Assembly: GCA_963667755.2 (NCBI GenBank)
Contig: CAXXLK010000004.1
Coordinates: 839,739-903,738 of the forward strand
Direction: 5' to 3'
Source of the DNA: Desulfobacterales bacterium
GTDB lineage: Bacteria > Desulfobacterota > Desulfobacteria > Desulfobacterales > 4572-123
DNA length: 64,000 bases
Within the stretch, counting starts at the first letter, position 1. The number at the start of each line of letters is the position of its first letter. The translations under genes and the position numbers were made by a program. Below, piece after piece: positions 49,163-59,801 of this stretch. The notes beneath the pieces are model-generated. The model worked only from the letters and a program-made list of their open reading frames with translations. It was not told where the DNA came from and did not search any database.

Positions 49163-50810
49163 GAGACACCTTTTTTATCGGTGTTGATATCACTGTGCCG
49201 GATATGGCAGGCATTTTATAGACCCGTTGCCACAGGTCAAGATAGAGCTGAATTTCCACGTCCCAGCGCTCCGGACCCCATGACAACGACGGTTCACACA
49301 ATTTTTGAATCCGCTCCAGATATGGCTGCCCGCCCCCGGGGGTCAACAGGCCGAGGCGGACCCTTCTTAGCAGCAGATCGGGAAGATGACGGACCCATTC
49401 ATATTTTGCGACAAAGGGCAGTTCAGCCCATAAAATAGCAGTCTCGCCAATGGTTTCAAGATCATCGGGAGCCGCCGCGCCAACCAGCATAGCGGCAGAA
49501 TTGCCGTACCGGCCGTAAAGCCGCCGCCATGTCTTGGCTGACAGCCCATGATCTTCTGTCGGCCTGTGGGGCACCGGTGAAAAGACCGGCATGCGCGATT
49601 TGTTTTTCGAAAATTCGGGCAAAAACGGCCGGGCCGCTTTCAACGCATCCCAGGCCAGGCAACGAAAGGTGGTAAGTTTTCCGCCGGTCACAGTGACAAG
49701 GCCCCTGTCCTTCCACACGACATGTTCCCGGGATTCTTTGGAGGCATCCCTCTTTCCGCGGCTGAGCACCGGCCTGACCCCCGCAAGGGTGGCGATGCAG
49801 TCACTGGCGGAAATGGCCCTTCCGGAGGGAAAGACGGACCGAATACCGTCCAGGAGATACGCCGCCTCTTTGGCGGTGATGGCCGGTTCGGCAAAAAGGT
49901 CCCGGTCATGATCAATATCCGTGGTACCCACCAGAATCACATTTTCCCAGGGAACGGCAAAAACACTGCGATGGTCGGCAGGGTGACGGAAACTGATACC
50001 GCATGTGAGGGGCAACACCGTCCTTGGCAAGATAAGGTGACTACCGCGCAGGGGCCGCAGATGCCGCTTCTTTTCAGGTAACGGATGCAGGCCCTCGGCC
50101 CAGACGCCGGTGGCATTGATGACGGCCAGGGTAGTCAATTCCCGGGTAATGCCGCTTTCCATGTCCCTGGCCCTGACACCCTTGACATGCCCATTTTCGT
50201 CCCACAGAATCGCAACGGCCCGGGTATAGTTCAAAACAGCGGCACCGGCGGCCACCGCTTCGCCGAGCAACCGCAGAACCAGGCGGCAATCATCCGCCTG
50301 GGCATCAAAAAAACCGTAACCGCCGAGCAGGCCGGTGCGCCGGATCCCCGGGACAAGGCGCATGAACCGCTCTTTGGGATAATACTGATGCCCGCGTTTC
50401 AAGGCAAGCAGATCATACAGGCCAAGCGCTGTTTTCAGGGCCAAACGGCCGGGTTTTTGATGATAAAAAACAGGGACCAGAAATTCCAGCGGTTCCACCA
50501 GGCCCGGAGCCTCCTGCAACAGGTGTTCACGCTCAATGACCGATGCCCGGGTCAGGTGCAACCGGCCCTGTTCGAGATACCGCAGCCCGCCATGGACCAG
50601 TTTGGAAGAGCGGCTGGAGGTGCCCCAGGTAAAATCATTTTGTTCCAGCAGCAGCGTATCCAGCCCCAGACCAAGGGCTTCACGAAGAATGCCCGCCCCC
50701 GTAATGCCGCCCCCGATAACGATAAGATCCCAGTTTTGTTTTAAGTTATTCAGATTCATAGGCCGCTTTTGATGGTTCATGAACGCTACCCGGGTTTTCT
50801 GAATTGTCAC
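49146..50810 (-). CDS. FAD-dependent glycerol-3-phosphate dehydrogenase-like protein; start may be ATG 50780 or 50759
   Basis: IGGGITG, GTSSRSSKLVHGGLRYL, NATGVW, GTTD, GGKLTT. Confidence 0.9.
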   Translation of the reverse strand: MTIQKTRVAFMNHQKRPMNLNNLKQNWDLIVIGGGITGAGILREALGLGLDTLLLEQNDFTWGTSSRSSKLVHGGLRYLEQGRLHLTRASVIEREHLLQEAPGLVEPLEFLVPVFYHQKPGRLALKTALGLYDLLALKRGHQYYPKERFMRLVPGIRRTGLLGGYGFFDAQADDCRLVLRLLGEAVAAGAAVLNYTRAVAILWDENGHVKGVRARDMESGITRELTTLAVINATGVWAEGLHPLPEKKRHLRPLRGSHLILPRTVLPLTCGISFRHPADHRSVFAVPWENVILVGTTDIDHDRDLFAEPAITAKEAAYLLDGIRSVFPSGRAISASDCIATLAGVRPVLSRGKRDASKESREHVVWKDRGLVTVTGGKLTTFRCLAWDALKAARPFLPEFSKNKSRMPVFSPVPHRPTEDHGLSAKTWRRLYGRYGNSAAMLVGAAAPDDLETIGETAILWAELPFVAKYEWVRHLPDLLLRRVRLGLLTPGGGQPYLERIQKLCEPSLSWGPERWDVEIQLYLDLWQRVYKMPAISGTVISTPIKKVSHAKKR

Positions 50811-51008
50811 TCCCTGTTTTCCTTTGTACCCGGATGGCGGCTTTTTTGCAAGCCGCTGTCATCGGATTCAGATCCAGGGGACCTAATATTTGTCAGCTGA
50901 GGTTATCCCGACTCAAAAGAAGGTTCTTGAAAGCATTTTAGACTCATGTTATCTATCGCCCATCTATAAACAATTTGCCCTGTGAGGAACGACTATGAAA
51001 GATCTTGA

Positions 51009-52094
<1,086 letters not shown>

Positions 52095-52125
52095 TTTATT
52101 ACAATCGCGTAACCGGGAGTGTACG

Positions 52126-53196
52126 ATGAAAAACATGCTGGTGACCGGCGGGTGCGGCTTTATCGGGTCCAACTTTATCCGATTTCTTCTGGAAGCGTCT
52201 GATTTTTCAGGAAAAATCATTAATCTGGACAACCTGACATATGCCGGCAACATTGAAAACCTTGCCGGCATCGAAAAAAAATTTCCCCATCGGTATGTTT
52301 TTATCAAAGCAGACATCTGTAACCAGGACATCCTCGCTGACATTTTTCAGACCTACATGGTTGACACCATCTGCCATTTTGCTGCCGAATCCCACGTGGA
52401 CCGTTCCATAACAGCCCCCGACGCCTTTATCCGGACCAACATCACAGGCACATTCAATCTTCTGGAGCAGGCCCGAAAAAACCAGACCCGGATGAAACTG
52501 TTTCACCATATCAGCACGGATGAGGTCTACGGCAGCCTCGGGGAAACGGGCTTTTTCACAGAGCACACACCCTATGACCCCAGCAGCCCCTATTCAGCGT
52601 CCAAGGCCGCTTCGGATCATCTTGTAAAAGCCTACAGCCGCACCTATGATCTTCCGGTGACCCTTTCCAACTGTTCCAACAATTACGGCCCATACCAGTT
52701 TCCTGAAAAACTGATCCCCCTTGTCACGTTTAATGCCCTTGCGGGACAGGCACTGCCGGTCTACGGTGACGGCCGCAATGTCCGGGACTGGCTTTACGTC
52801 ATGGATCACTGCCGGGCCATCTGGGCGGTCATGTGCCACGGTACCCGGGGAGAAACCTATAATATCGGCGGCCGGTGCGAAAAATTCAATATTGATGTGG
52901 TGAACATCATCTGTGATATCCTGGATGATATCACCCCTGATCCCGGTATCGGGCCGCGCAGGCGTCTGATTACCTTTGTAAATGATCGTCCGGGGCATGA
53001 CCTTCGATATGCCATTGATTGCAGCAAGATCGAAAAGGAACTGGGATGGGTTCCCCTGGAATCCTTTTCCGGCGGCATCAAAAAGACCATTTTATGGTAT
53101 CTGGATAACCAGGCCTGGGCGGCAAGGATCATAAGCGGGGAATATATGACCTGGGCCAAGGAGCACTATGGACAATACGTCGACAATAAAAAATAA
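52126..53196 (+). CDS. rfbB: dTDP-glucose 4,6-dehydratase
   Basis: TGGCGFIGSN, AAESHVDRS, STDEVYG, YSASK, DRPGHD. Confidence 0.96.
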   Translation: MKNMLVTGGCGFIGSNFIRFLLEASDFSGKIINLDNLTYAGNIENLAGIEKKFPHRYVFIKADICNQDILADIFQTYMVDTICHFAAESHVDRSITAPDAFIRTNITGTFNLLEQARKNQTRMKLFHHISTDEVYGSLGETGFFTEHTPYDPSSPYSASKAASDHLVKAYSRTYDLPVTLSNCSNNYGPYQFPEKLIPLVTFNALAGQALPVYGDGRNVRDWLYVMDHCRAIWAVMCHGTRGETYNIGGRCEKFNIDVVNIICDILDDITPDPGIGPRRRLITFVNDRPGHDLRYAIDCSKIEKELGWVPLESFSGGIKKTILWYLDNQAWAARIISGEYMTWAKEHYGQYVDNKK

Positions 53197-53923
53197 AAAA
53201 GGCAGTGATGCCATCATCTTTCCCCTGGATGTGCCTTCGGTGGAACAGGCCCGGCACTATGTGGAACTGCTGGGTGATTATGTGGGGATGTTCAAGGTGG
53301 GACTGGAGCTGTTCATCCGGTCGGGCCCGACGCTGATCCGTCTGATTCAAGACAGCACCCGGGCCGGTATTTTTCTGGATCTGAAACTGCACGATATCCC
53401 GGCCACCGTGTTCCGGGCCATGGAAAGAATTGCCGATCTGAACGTTGATCTGGCAACGGTTCATTGTGGTGAAAACGCCAGCATGCTGGAAGCCGCCGTC
53501 AAGGGCAGCCATAGCCGGGTGGGGGTTCTGGGCGTAACGGTGTTAACCAGCGTGGACAGCGACGATATCCGCCGGGCCGGGTTCCGACAGGAATATTGTG
53601 ACACCCTCTCTGCCCTGGTAATGAAAAGGGCTGCCATGGCCAAAGCCGCCGGGTGCAGCGGCGTGGTCTGCTCGGGTCTTGAAGTCAAAGCCATCAAGCA
53701 ACAGCTGGGGAAAAACTTTTTAGCGGTCACTCCGGGTATCCGGCCCCTTAGCACCATTGCCGGCCAGGATGACCAGCGCAGAATTACAACGCCGGCCCAG
53801 GCCATTGCCAACGGATCCGATTATCTTGTTATCGGGCGGCCCATGCGGGATGCCGACGATCCGATCTATGTTGCCGAAAAGATCGCCCGGGAGATTGAAA
53901 ACGCCTGGACAAATGGGCATTGA
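53168..53923 (+). CDS. pyrF: Orotidine-5'-phosphate decarboxylase
   Basis: KVGLELF, FLDLKLHDIPATV, VTVLTS, TPGIR, VIGR. Confidence 0.95.
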   Translation: MDNTSTIKNKKGSDAIIFPLDVPSVEQARHYVELLGDYVGMFKVGLELFIRSGPTLIRLIQDSTRAGIFLDLKLHDIPATVFRAMERIADLNVDLATVHCGENASMLEAAVKGSHSRVGVLGVTVLTSVDSDDIRRAGFRQEYCDTLSALVMKRAAMAKAAGCSGVVCSGLEVKAIKQQLGKNFLAVTPGIRPLSTIAGQDDQRRITTPAQAIANGSDYLVIGRPMRDADDPIYVAEKIAREIENAWTNGH

Positions 53924-54195
53924 AGGCTGAAGGCTTGAATACTTAAGGTATGTTCACACAGGGAATATCGAATGTCGAGGACCGGTAATTTTAGAAACCA
54001 AAAAAATACCGACTGCCAATAAAAATCAGAATACAGACACCAAGAACCAGCACAAAAAGCAGTTGATCCTGTTTAAACCGTTTCATGAGCCCCCGGCCAA
54101 CTTTCCATGCTCTCGTAAACGTTATTTGAGATAGTTAAGTAAAAAATCGTATATACCGGTAGAAGGAGGCCTTCTACCTTCAGCCTTCTACCTGA
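53921..54195. repeat. Heptamer-repeat inverted-repeat element (TGAAGGC / CCTTCTA units)
   Basis: tgaaggc-tgaaggc starts at the pyrF stop; ccttcta-ccttcag-ccttcta at 54170-54190; internal aatatcg-aatgtcg. Confidence 0.6.
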
Positions 54196-54257
54196 GATAA
54201 AGTCGAGTCTCTGGACAACCGTTATAGCAAAGTAGGCGGAGACTTTTTACGACGCCA

Positions 54258-55475
54258 TCATTCTTTATCCAGACCAAAGGCCGTATGCAGGGCACGAACC
54301 GCCAGTTCGGCATATTTTTCCGTAATCACGCAGGAAATTCTGATTTCAGAGGTCGTGATCAAACGGATGTTGATGTTTTCCGCCGACAGGGTGCTGAACA
54401 TTTTAGCCGCCACCCCGGAATGATTCTTCATGCCCACACCCACCACCGATACCTTGGCAATATTTTTATCGCCCAGCACCTCCTCGGCACCGATTTCGGC
54501 ACCGATCTTATTTCCAATTTCCATGGCCGTATCATAATCTTCAACCGGAACGGTGAACGTCAAATCATTTTTTCCATTTGAACGTGTATTTTGAACAATC
54601 ATATCGACCTGAATGCCCGCTTCCGCAATGGGGGTAAAGACAGCCGCTGCGACTCCCGGTCGGTCGGGAACTTTCCGGAGGGTAATGCGGGCTTCGTTTT
54701 TATTGCAGGTAATACCGGAAACCACCAATCGCTCCATTCCGGAGTCTTCACTGACAACCATTGTTCCTTCCTCCTCGCTGAAAGATGACCTGACATGCAC
54801 CGCAACCTTGTATTTTTTGGCTACTTCAACCGATCGGATCTGGAGAACCTTGGCACCCAGGCTTGCCATTTCAAGCATCTCTTCGTAACATATTTTATCA
54901 ATTTTTCTGGCCCGGGAGCATATGTTCGGATCCGTTGTATAAATACCGTCGACATCGGTATAGATCTCACACATATCGGCATCCAGTGCCGATGCAATGG
55001 CAACGGCAGAAGTATCGGAACCGCCGCGTCCCAGTGTTGTAATGTTGCCGTCGGGGTCACAGCCCTGGAAACCCGCCACCACCGCTATCGTGTGTTTTTT
55101 AACCATATCCATGATGGGGCCGGGGCCGATGCCGAGAATCCGGGCATTACCGAAAGTACCGTCGGTAGCCACCTCTGCCTGATAGCCCAGAAGGGATTGC
55201 GCCGGGTAGTTCATGTCCCGAAGCATCATGGCCAGCAACGCTGCCGTGGTCTGTTCACCCGTTGCCAGCAGAACATCCAGTTCCCGTTTACTGGGCGCGG
55301 CAGATGCCTGACCGGCCAGTTTGATGAGGTTGTCGGTGACACCGGCCATGGCCGACAGGATCACCACGACATCGTTGCCCCGATCAAAAATGCGGGTCAC
55401 CCGTCCGGCAACATTTCTTATCCGCTCAATATCAGCCACCGAAGTGCCGCCGAATTTTTGAACAATCAAACTCAT
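54258..55475 (-). CDS. lysC: Aspartate kinase
   Basis: VQKFGGTS, TTLGRGGSDTSA, YTDVDG, two ACT domains. Confidence 0.96.
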   Translation of the reverse strand: MSLIVQKFGGTSVADIERIRNVAGRVTRIFDRGNDVVVILSAMAGVTDNLIKLAGQASAAPSKRELDVLLATGEQTTAALLAMMLRDMNYPAQSLLGYQAEVATDGTFGNARILGIGPGPIMDMVKKHTIAVVAGFQGCDPDGNITTLGRGGSDTSAVAIASALDADMCEIYTDVDGIYTTDPNICSRARKIDKICYEEMLEMASLGAKVLQIRSVEVAKKYKVAVHVRSSFSEEEGTMVVSEDSGMERLVVSGITCNKNEARITLRKVPDRPGVAAAVFTPIAEAGIQVDMIVQNTRSNGKNDLTFTVPVEDYDTAMEIGNKIGAEIGAEEVLGDKNIAKVSVVGVGMKNHSGVAAKMFSTLSAENINIRLITTSEIRISCVITEKYAELAVRALHTAFGLDKE

Positions 55476-55477
55476 CT

Positions 55478-55966
55478 TCAATCCTCAACTTGGTTTTTCA
55501 TTTTTTCCAAAAGGCGTCCTGGGGCCGCACCATGAGCCAGTATGCTGATTTTGCGCGAAGTATCGCTTATTATCGTAAAATCAAGTGCTAAATAGTCCCG
55601 GGGCAGATCACCCGCCAGCCGTTCAGCCCATTCTATGGCGGTAATATTGTTTACGCGAAGAATGTCATACAATCCGATCTCTTCCATGTCAAGGGCTTCG
55701 TTTAATCGATATAAGTCAACATGAAAGAGCGGCAGTCGCCCCGGATATTCATTGATCAGGGTATAGGTCGGACTGGTCACATAGCAGGTGTCCGGCACAT
55801 CCAGTCCGGCGGCCAGTCCCTGGACCAGAACAGTCTTGCCGCTTCCCAGATCGCCGTAAAGGGCCAGGATGGTGCCGTTGACCATGAGTCGACCGATTTT
55901 TTTTCCCAGCGCCCGGGTCTGTTCGGGTGAGTGGGATAAAATCTGGTATGTTAACACAGATGTCAA
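55478..55966 (-). CDS. tsaE: t6A biosynthesis ATPase TsaE
   Basis: GDLGSGKT, TSPTYTL, HVDLYRL, IEWA. Confidence 0.95.
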   Translation of the reverse strand: MTSVLTYQILSHSPEQTRALGKKIGRLMVNGTILALYGDLGSGKTVLVQGLAAGLDVPDTCYVTSPTYTLINEYPGRLPLFHVDLYRLNEALDMEEIGLYDILRVNNITAIEWAERLAGDLPRDYLALDFTIISDTSRKISILAHGAAPGRLLEKMKNQVED

Positions 55967-56682
55967 AGCGTTTTGATCAGATCCAGCATATCCCGGACCG
56001 CCTTTTCAAGCCCGGTGAGCACGGCCCTGGCCACGATGCCGTGCCCTATGAGAAATTCATCTATCTCCGGCAGTTTCTCAAAGGCCCTGATCGTATGGTA
56101 ATCCAATCCGCGACACACCGTCACATGCAGGTTAAGCCTGTGGGCAAGCTTAATGGCATCGACTATTTCATCAAAAGCCCGTTGTTTTTTGATAGTCGTT
56201 TTTGCGTCACGGAACGTGTTTAAATGCAGGGTTACCTGATTGGCATTAATCTGATGGGCAATTCTGATCTGCTCCGGCTCGGCATCCACCAGGACACCGG
56301 CGGACAGCCCGTTATTTTGAAAGGTGGAGATAAATTCAGCGACGGAATCCTTATGCACAATCAGATCGAGCCCGCCCCCGGGGGTGGTTTCTTCATATTT
56401 TTCCGGCACCAGAACAATACGGTCGGGTTTAAGGTCAAGAGCGATGCCCGCCATTTCGGACGTCGGGGCAATTTTCAAAATAAACAAAGATTGGACAATC
56501 TGCCTGAGTATCCGGACATCCCGATCCTGAATATGGCGCCGATCTTTCCAAAGATGAACCGCCACGCCATGGGCCCCGGCCGTCTCGATGAGGACGGCAG
56601 CGGCAGCGGGGTCGGGAACGGCCGATTTACCGATTTGCCGCAAGGCGGCGATTCTGTCAATGTTGACGATTAGTTGGGACAT
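55963..56682 (-). CDS. pdxJ: PdxJ-family protein with degenerate active site
   Basis: Overall PdxJ pattern (VNID, PDP, DRRHIQDRD, VPEK, GGLD, IGH), but several catalytic residues are substituted. Confidence 0.85.
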   Translation of the reverse strand: MSQLIVNIDRIAALRQIGKSAVPDPAAAAVLIETAGAHGVAVHLWKDRRHIQDRDVRILRQIVQSLFILKIAPTSEMAGIALDLKPDRIVLVPEKYEETTPGGGLDLIVHKDSVAEFISTFQNNGLSAGVLVDAEPEQIRIAHQINANQVTLHLNTFRDAKTTIKKQRAFDEIVDAIKLAHRLNLHVTVCRGLDYHTIRAFEKLPEIDEFLIGHGIVARAVLTGLEKAVRDMLDLIKTL

Positions 56683-56753
56683 TTAAAACTCCTCGCCCGG
56701 TAAGTGATCACGTTTACCACAATGGTTTATCATTATTGCCGTTGCACTTTAAT

Positions 56754-56913
56754 ACTTAAATTGAGCGATTAGCAGTAAGCTTTTAGCACAATAATTTCAA
56801 AATATTGTCAAATGCCACCATTTCACCCATTGGGTAAAAATCGCATTGCCGTTAAACGCTCAAAATATAAGCTCTAACTGCTAATGGCCAAGAGCTAATC
56901 GCTCATTTTAGGT
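56754..56913. repeat. Heptamer-repeat inverted-repeat element (NNNTAGC units)
   Basis: acttaaattgagc-gattagc-agtaagc-ttttagc; the reverse complement of 56869-56913 is acctaaaatgagc-gattagc-tcttggc-cattagc-agttaga. Confidence 0.7.
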
Positions 56914-56956
56914 AATAGTCTCGTAAAAAGTCAAATTGTTACGAAACCGTCACCTT

Positions 56957-57403
56957 TTAATCAGTCCGGTTTTTTACCAGTGCCAGCAGTTCATGACTTT
57001 TGGCGTCCATCCGAAAGGCTTCGGCTTCCGAAAGTTCATGATCATAGCCCACGAGGTGAAGAATACCGTGTACCAGAAGTTCAAGCAGGCGTTCATCCAC
57101 ATGGATCCCGGCGATATCGGCTTCTTTTTGTGCCGTGTCCATGGAAACCACCACATCGCCGAGCAGTTGGGGTGAAATGTCGGCAAAATCACCTTCTAAC
57201 ATCGGAAATGCGATGACGTTGGTCGGGCCCTCGCGGTGGAGGTATTGCCCGTTTAACGTTGCGATTTCAGGATCATCCACTATCAAAATTGAAAGCTCCG
57301 CATCAGGAAAGTCCAAGGCGTTTAAGATGACCTGAATCATCGCCTCTATTTTTTTCGGCGCTATCTTGTACCGATTTTGTCTGTCGTTGATCAGAATGCC
57401 CAT
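56957..57403 (-). CDS. ybeY: rRNA maturation endoribonuclease YbeY
   Basis: GPTNVIAF, LGDVVVS, HGILHLVGYDH. Confidence 0.93.
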   Translation of the reverse strand: MGILINDRQNRYKIAPKKIEAMIQVILNALDFPDAELSILIVDDPEIATLNGQYLHREGPTNVIAFPMLEGDFADISPQLLGDVVVSMDTAQKEADIAGIHVDERLLELLVHGILHLVGYDHELSEAEAFRMDAKSHELLALVKNRTD

Positions 57404-59714
57404 TTTTACCCTTTCCATTGTCCCTGGTGGTATCGGCATATTCTATGCGGTGGTGGTATATGCCGCTTAACATGGCATAATAACTTCGGGCAATTTTATG
57501 CAGATCCTTTAATGTCAGTTCGCATTCATCCAGTTGCCCATCGGAAAAAATTTTATTGATCATATTCTGAACCAGCCCCCGTATCCTTGAAGGCGTCGGA
57601 TTTTCCAGGGTTCTGGAGGCGGCTTCAACCACATCCGCCAGCATCACAAGGCCTGCCTCACGGGTTTGCGGCTTGGGTCCGGGGTATCGGTAATTCTCTA
57701 TATTGACATTCTCCTCACCCTTCAATTGCTTGGCTTTTTCATAAAAATAGCTGATGAGGCTGGTGCCATGATGCTGGCTTATGGTGTCGATGATGACCTC
57801 ACCCAGTTTATTTTTTTTGGCAAGTTCGATCCCGTTTTTGACATGGGAGATAAGGATCAGGCCCGACATGGACGGTGCCAGTTTGTCATGCCGGTTTTTA
57901 CCATTTGACTGATTTTCAATAAAATAAAGCGGGTTTTTGAGTTTACCGATATCGTGATAATAGGCGCATACTTTCGCCAACAGCGGGTTGGCGCCGATTT
58001 CCGAGGCCGCGGCTTCAACCATCGTCCCTACAAGGATTGAATGATGGTAGGTCCCGGGGGCTTCGAGCATAAGCCGTTTAAGAATCGGCCGGTCAAGATT
58101 GGCAAGTTCGAGCAGTGAGATATCCGTGGTATACCTGAACGCCATTTCAAAAAGCGGTGTTATACCCAGGGTGACAACACCGGCACTGATGCCCCCCAGC
58201 ATGGCAAAAGACCAGTTCCATAGCAGGTTGAGACCGACAACCTCCCCCATATAAAGCGTAATGACCGAGGTCAGGACCAGGTTGAGAAACCCCACCTTTA
58301 CCCCTGCCTTGATCAGGCTTTTGCGTTCCCTGCAGGTCTGGGTCCAGAATGCCCCCATGAGACTGCTCAGGCAAAAATAGAGGAATATTTCAAACTGATT
58401 TTGAAACAAAACCGCCGTAAGGGCAGATAGAATAAACGCAAAAGGGACGGCAATCTGAAATCCCATAAACAGACAGACGGTCATTGCCCCTGCGGCTACG
58501 GGAATCGCCCCTGTCATGGACGCAACGGAAACAGCATAAGAGGCACTCAGCGCCAGGGGCTGGGACAAAATAGCCGACACTTTGATAATAACAAGAAAAA
58601 TTATCAGGACACTGGATAGAAACAAAATACTTTTGTTGTAATTGCGGGCAATCCGGGGATGATTATGAAGAAAGGAAAAATAGGCGATGAGGAGGAGGCA
58701 GAGAACCACAAGGGCGGCGCCCAGGCCGTTGGCGATGGCCTGATCATCATTGGTCTGGGCCTGCAAATTTTTAAGTTTGAGCAACTGAATCTGGTTGACC
58801 CGTTCGCCCTCCCGCATAAGCATTTCGCCGGCTTTAATTTTATATAAAATGGGCAGAATTGCCTCGCCCGCCTTTTTTTTTCGTTCCTCGGTGGCACTTT
58901 GATTCAGTGTGATATTCGGCTGTATAAGGCGCTGGGAAAAATCAACGATAAGGTTCAGCAATGTGTAATGCATCTCCTTGAGCAGCGGCTGGCCGATAAT
59001 TCTCACCATGGACTTGGACTGGTCAAGGCTGTAAAACTGCTTCAAATTAAAAACAGTGGTTTCGGTTTTGGTGGAAAGGTCTCTTAAGGTAATGCCCCTG
59101 TCAGATTCTGCGAGCAGAATCTGTTTGTTGGCAACCACGCCATTATCCAGAATAGCGGTGATAATCTGGATAATTAATGCCGGAATTTCCTCCGAAAACC
59201 GATTGTTTTCAAGAATCCGATAGTCTTCTTTACTGACACTGATGCCGATTTTTTCTTCAAATTCGGTCTTTTTCTGCCAGATTCTATCCTTCAAGGACGC
59301 TTTGGGGGCCGGCGTTTCAACTATCGGTCCGGCGTCTGCACCGGGCGCGTCGAGGGGGGGGGGCAATGGTGCCTGAGCCTCGGCGGTGATAACCTGCTGA
59401 ACAAGACCAAACGCGGCCTGTATTTTTTTGGTCAATTGAACAAGAAGCGCGGTATTGTGGTCATAGACGGTTAAAACATTTTCAACGGCCCGATTGCGGC
59501 TTTCTTCAGTGGCCCTGTCGTCTTCCACCAGAAAGTCTTTGGGGGCCTTGATGTCCCGTTCAACGACATCACCCAGTTGATAGATGTGCTGATGCGTCGC
59601 CAGATTCGGATAAAAAATAATGGTGAAAATGACGGTAACAAGGACTAAAATACTCCACCGAACCGTGTTGCCCGAAATGATAAAATCGTTGAAAGCGTGT
59701 TTGTTTTTTCCCAT
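57303..59714 (-). CDS. 7TM-HD phosphohydrolase (PgpH-like cyclic dinucleotide phosphodiesterase)
   Basis: N-terminal TM, extracellular domain, 7TM, APGTYHHS, YHDIGK, HHGT, MLAD. Confidence 0.9.
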   Translation of the reverse strand: MGKNKHAFNDFIISGNTVRWSILVLVTVIFTIIFYPNLATHQHIYQLGDVVERDIKAPKDFLVEDDRATEESRNRAVENVLTVYDHNTALLVQLTKKIQAAFGLVQQVITAEAQAPLPPPLDAPGADAGPIVETPAPKASLKDRIWQKKTEFEEKIGISVSKEDYRILENNRFSEEIPALIIQIITAILDNGVVANKQILLAESDRGITLRDLSTKTETTVFNLKQFYSLDQSKSMVRIIGQPLLKEMHYTLLNLIVDFSQRLIQPNITLNQSATEERKKKAGEAILPILYKIKAGEMLMREGERVNQIQLLKLKNLQAQTNDDQAIANGLGAALVVLCLLLIAYFSFLHNHPRIARNYNKSILFLSSVLIIFLVIIKVSAILSQPLALSASYAVSVASMTGAIPVAAGAMTVCLFMGFQIAVPFAFILSALTAVLFQNQFEIFLYFCLSSLMGAFWTQTCRERKSLIKAGVKVGFLNLVLTSVITLYMGEVVGLNLLWNWSFAMLGGISAGVVTLGITPLFEMAFRYTTDISLLELANLDRPILKRLMLEAPGTYHHSILVGTMVEAAASEIGANPLLAKVCAYYHDIGKLKNPLYFIENQSNGKNRHDKLAPSMSGLILISHVKNGIELAKKNKLGEVIIDTISQHHGTSLISYFYEKAKQLKGEENVNIENYRYPGPKPQTREAGLVMLADVVEAASRTLENPTPSRIRGLVQNMINKIFSDGQLDECELTLKDLHKIARSYYAMLSGIYHHRIEYADTTRDNGKGKNGHSDQRQTKSVQDSAEKNRGDDSGHLKRLGLS

Positions 59715-59801
59715 AAGTATGACTTGTCCGGTGTTTGTCAATCATTCGGCATTCTATTTACAAGCAAATTTAAATATTTGAAATCATAACGGATCACTTG
59801 T

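Noticed and set aside
50835-50850. Sigma-54-like TGGC-N8-TGCA pointing at leuB
   Set aside because: Better explained as the minus-strand sigma-70 promoter TTGCAA-17-TACAAA of the glpD-like operon
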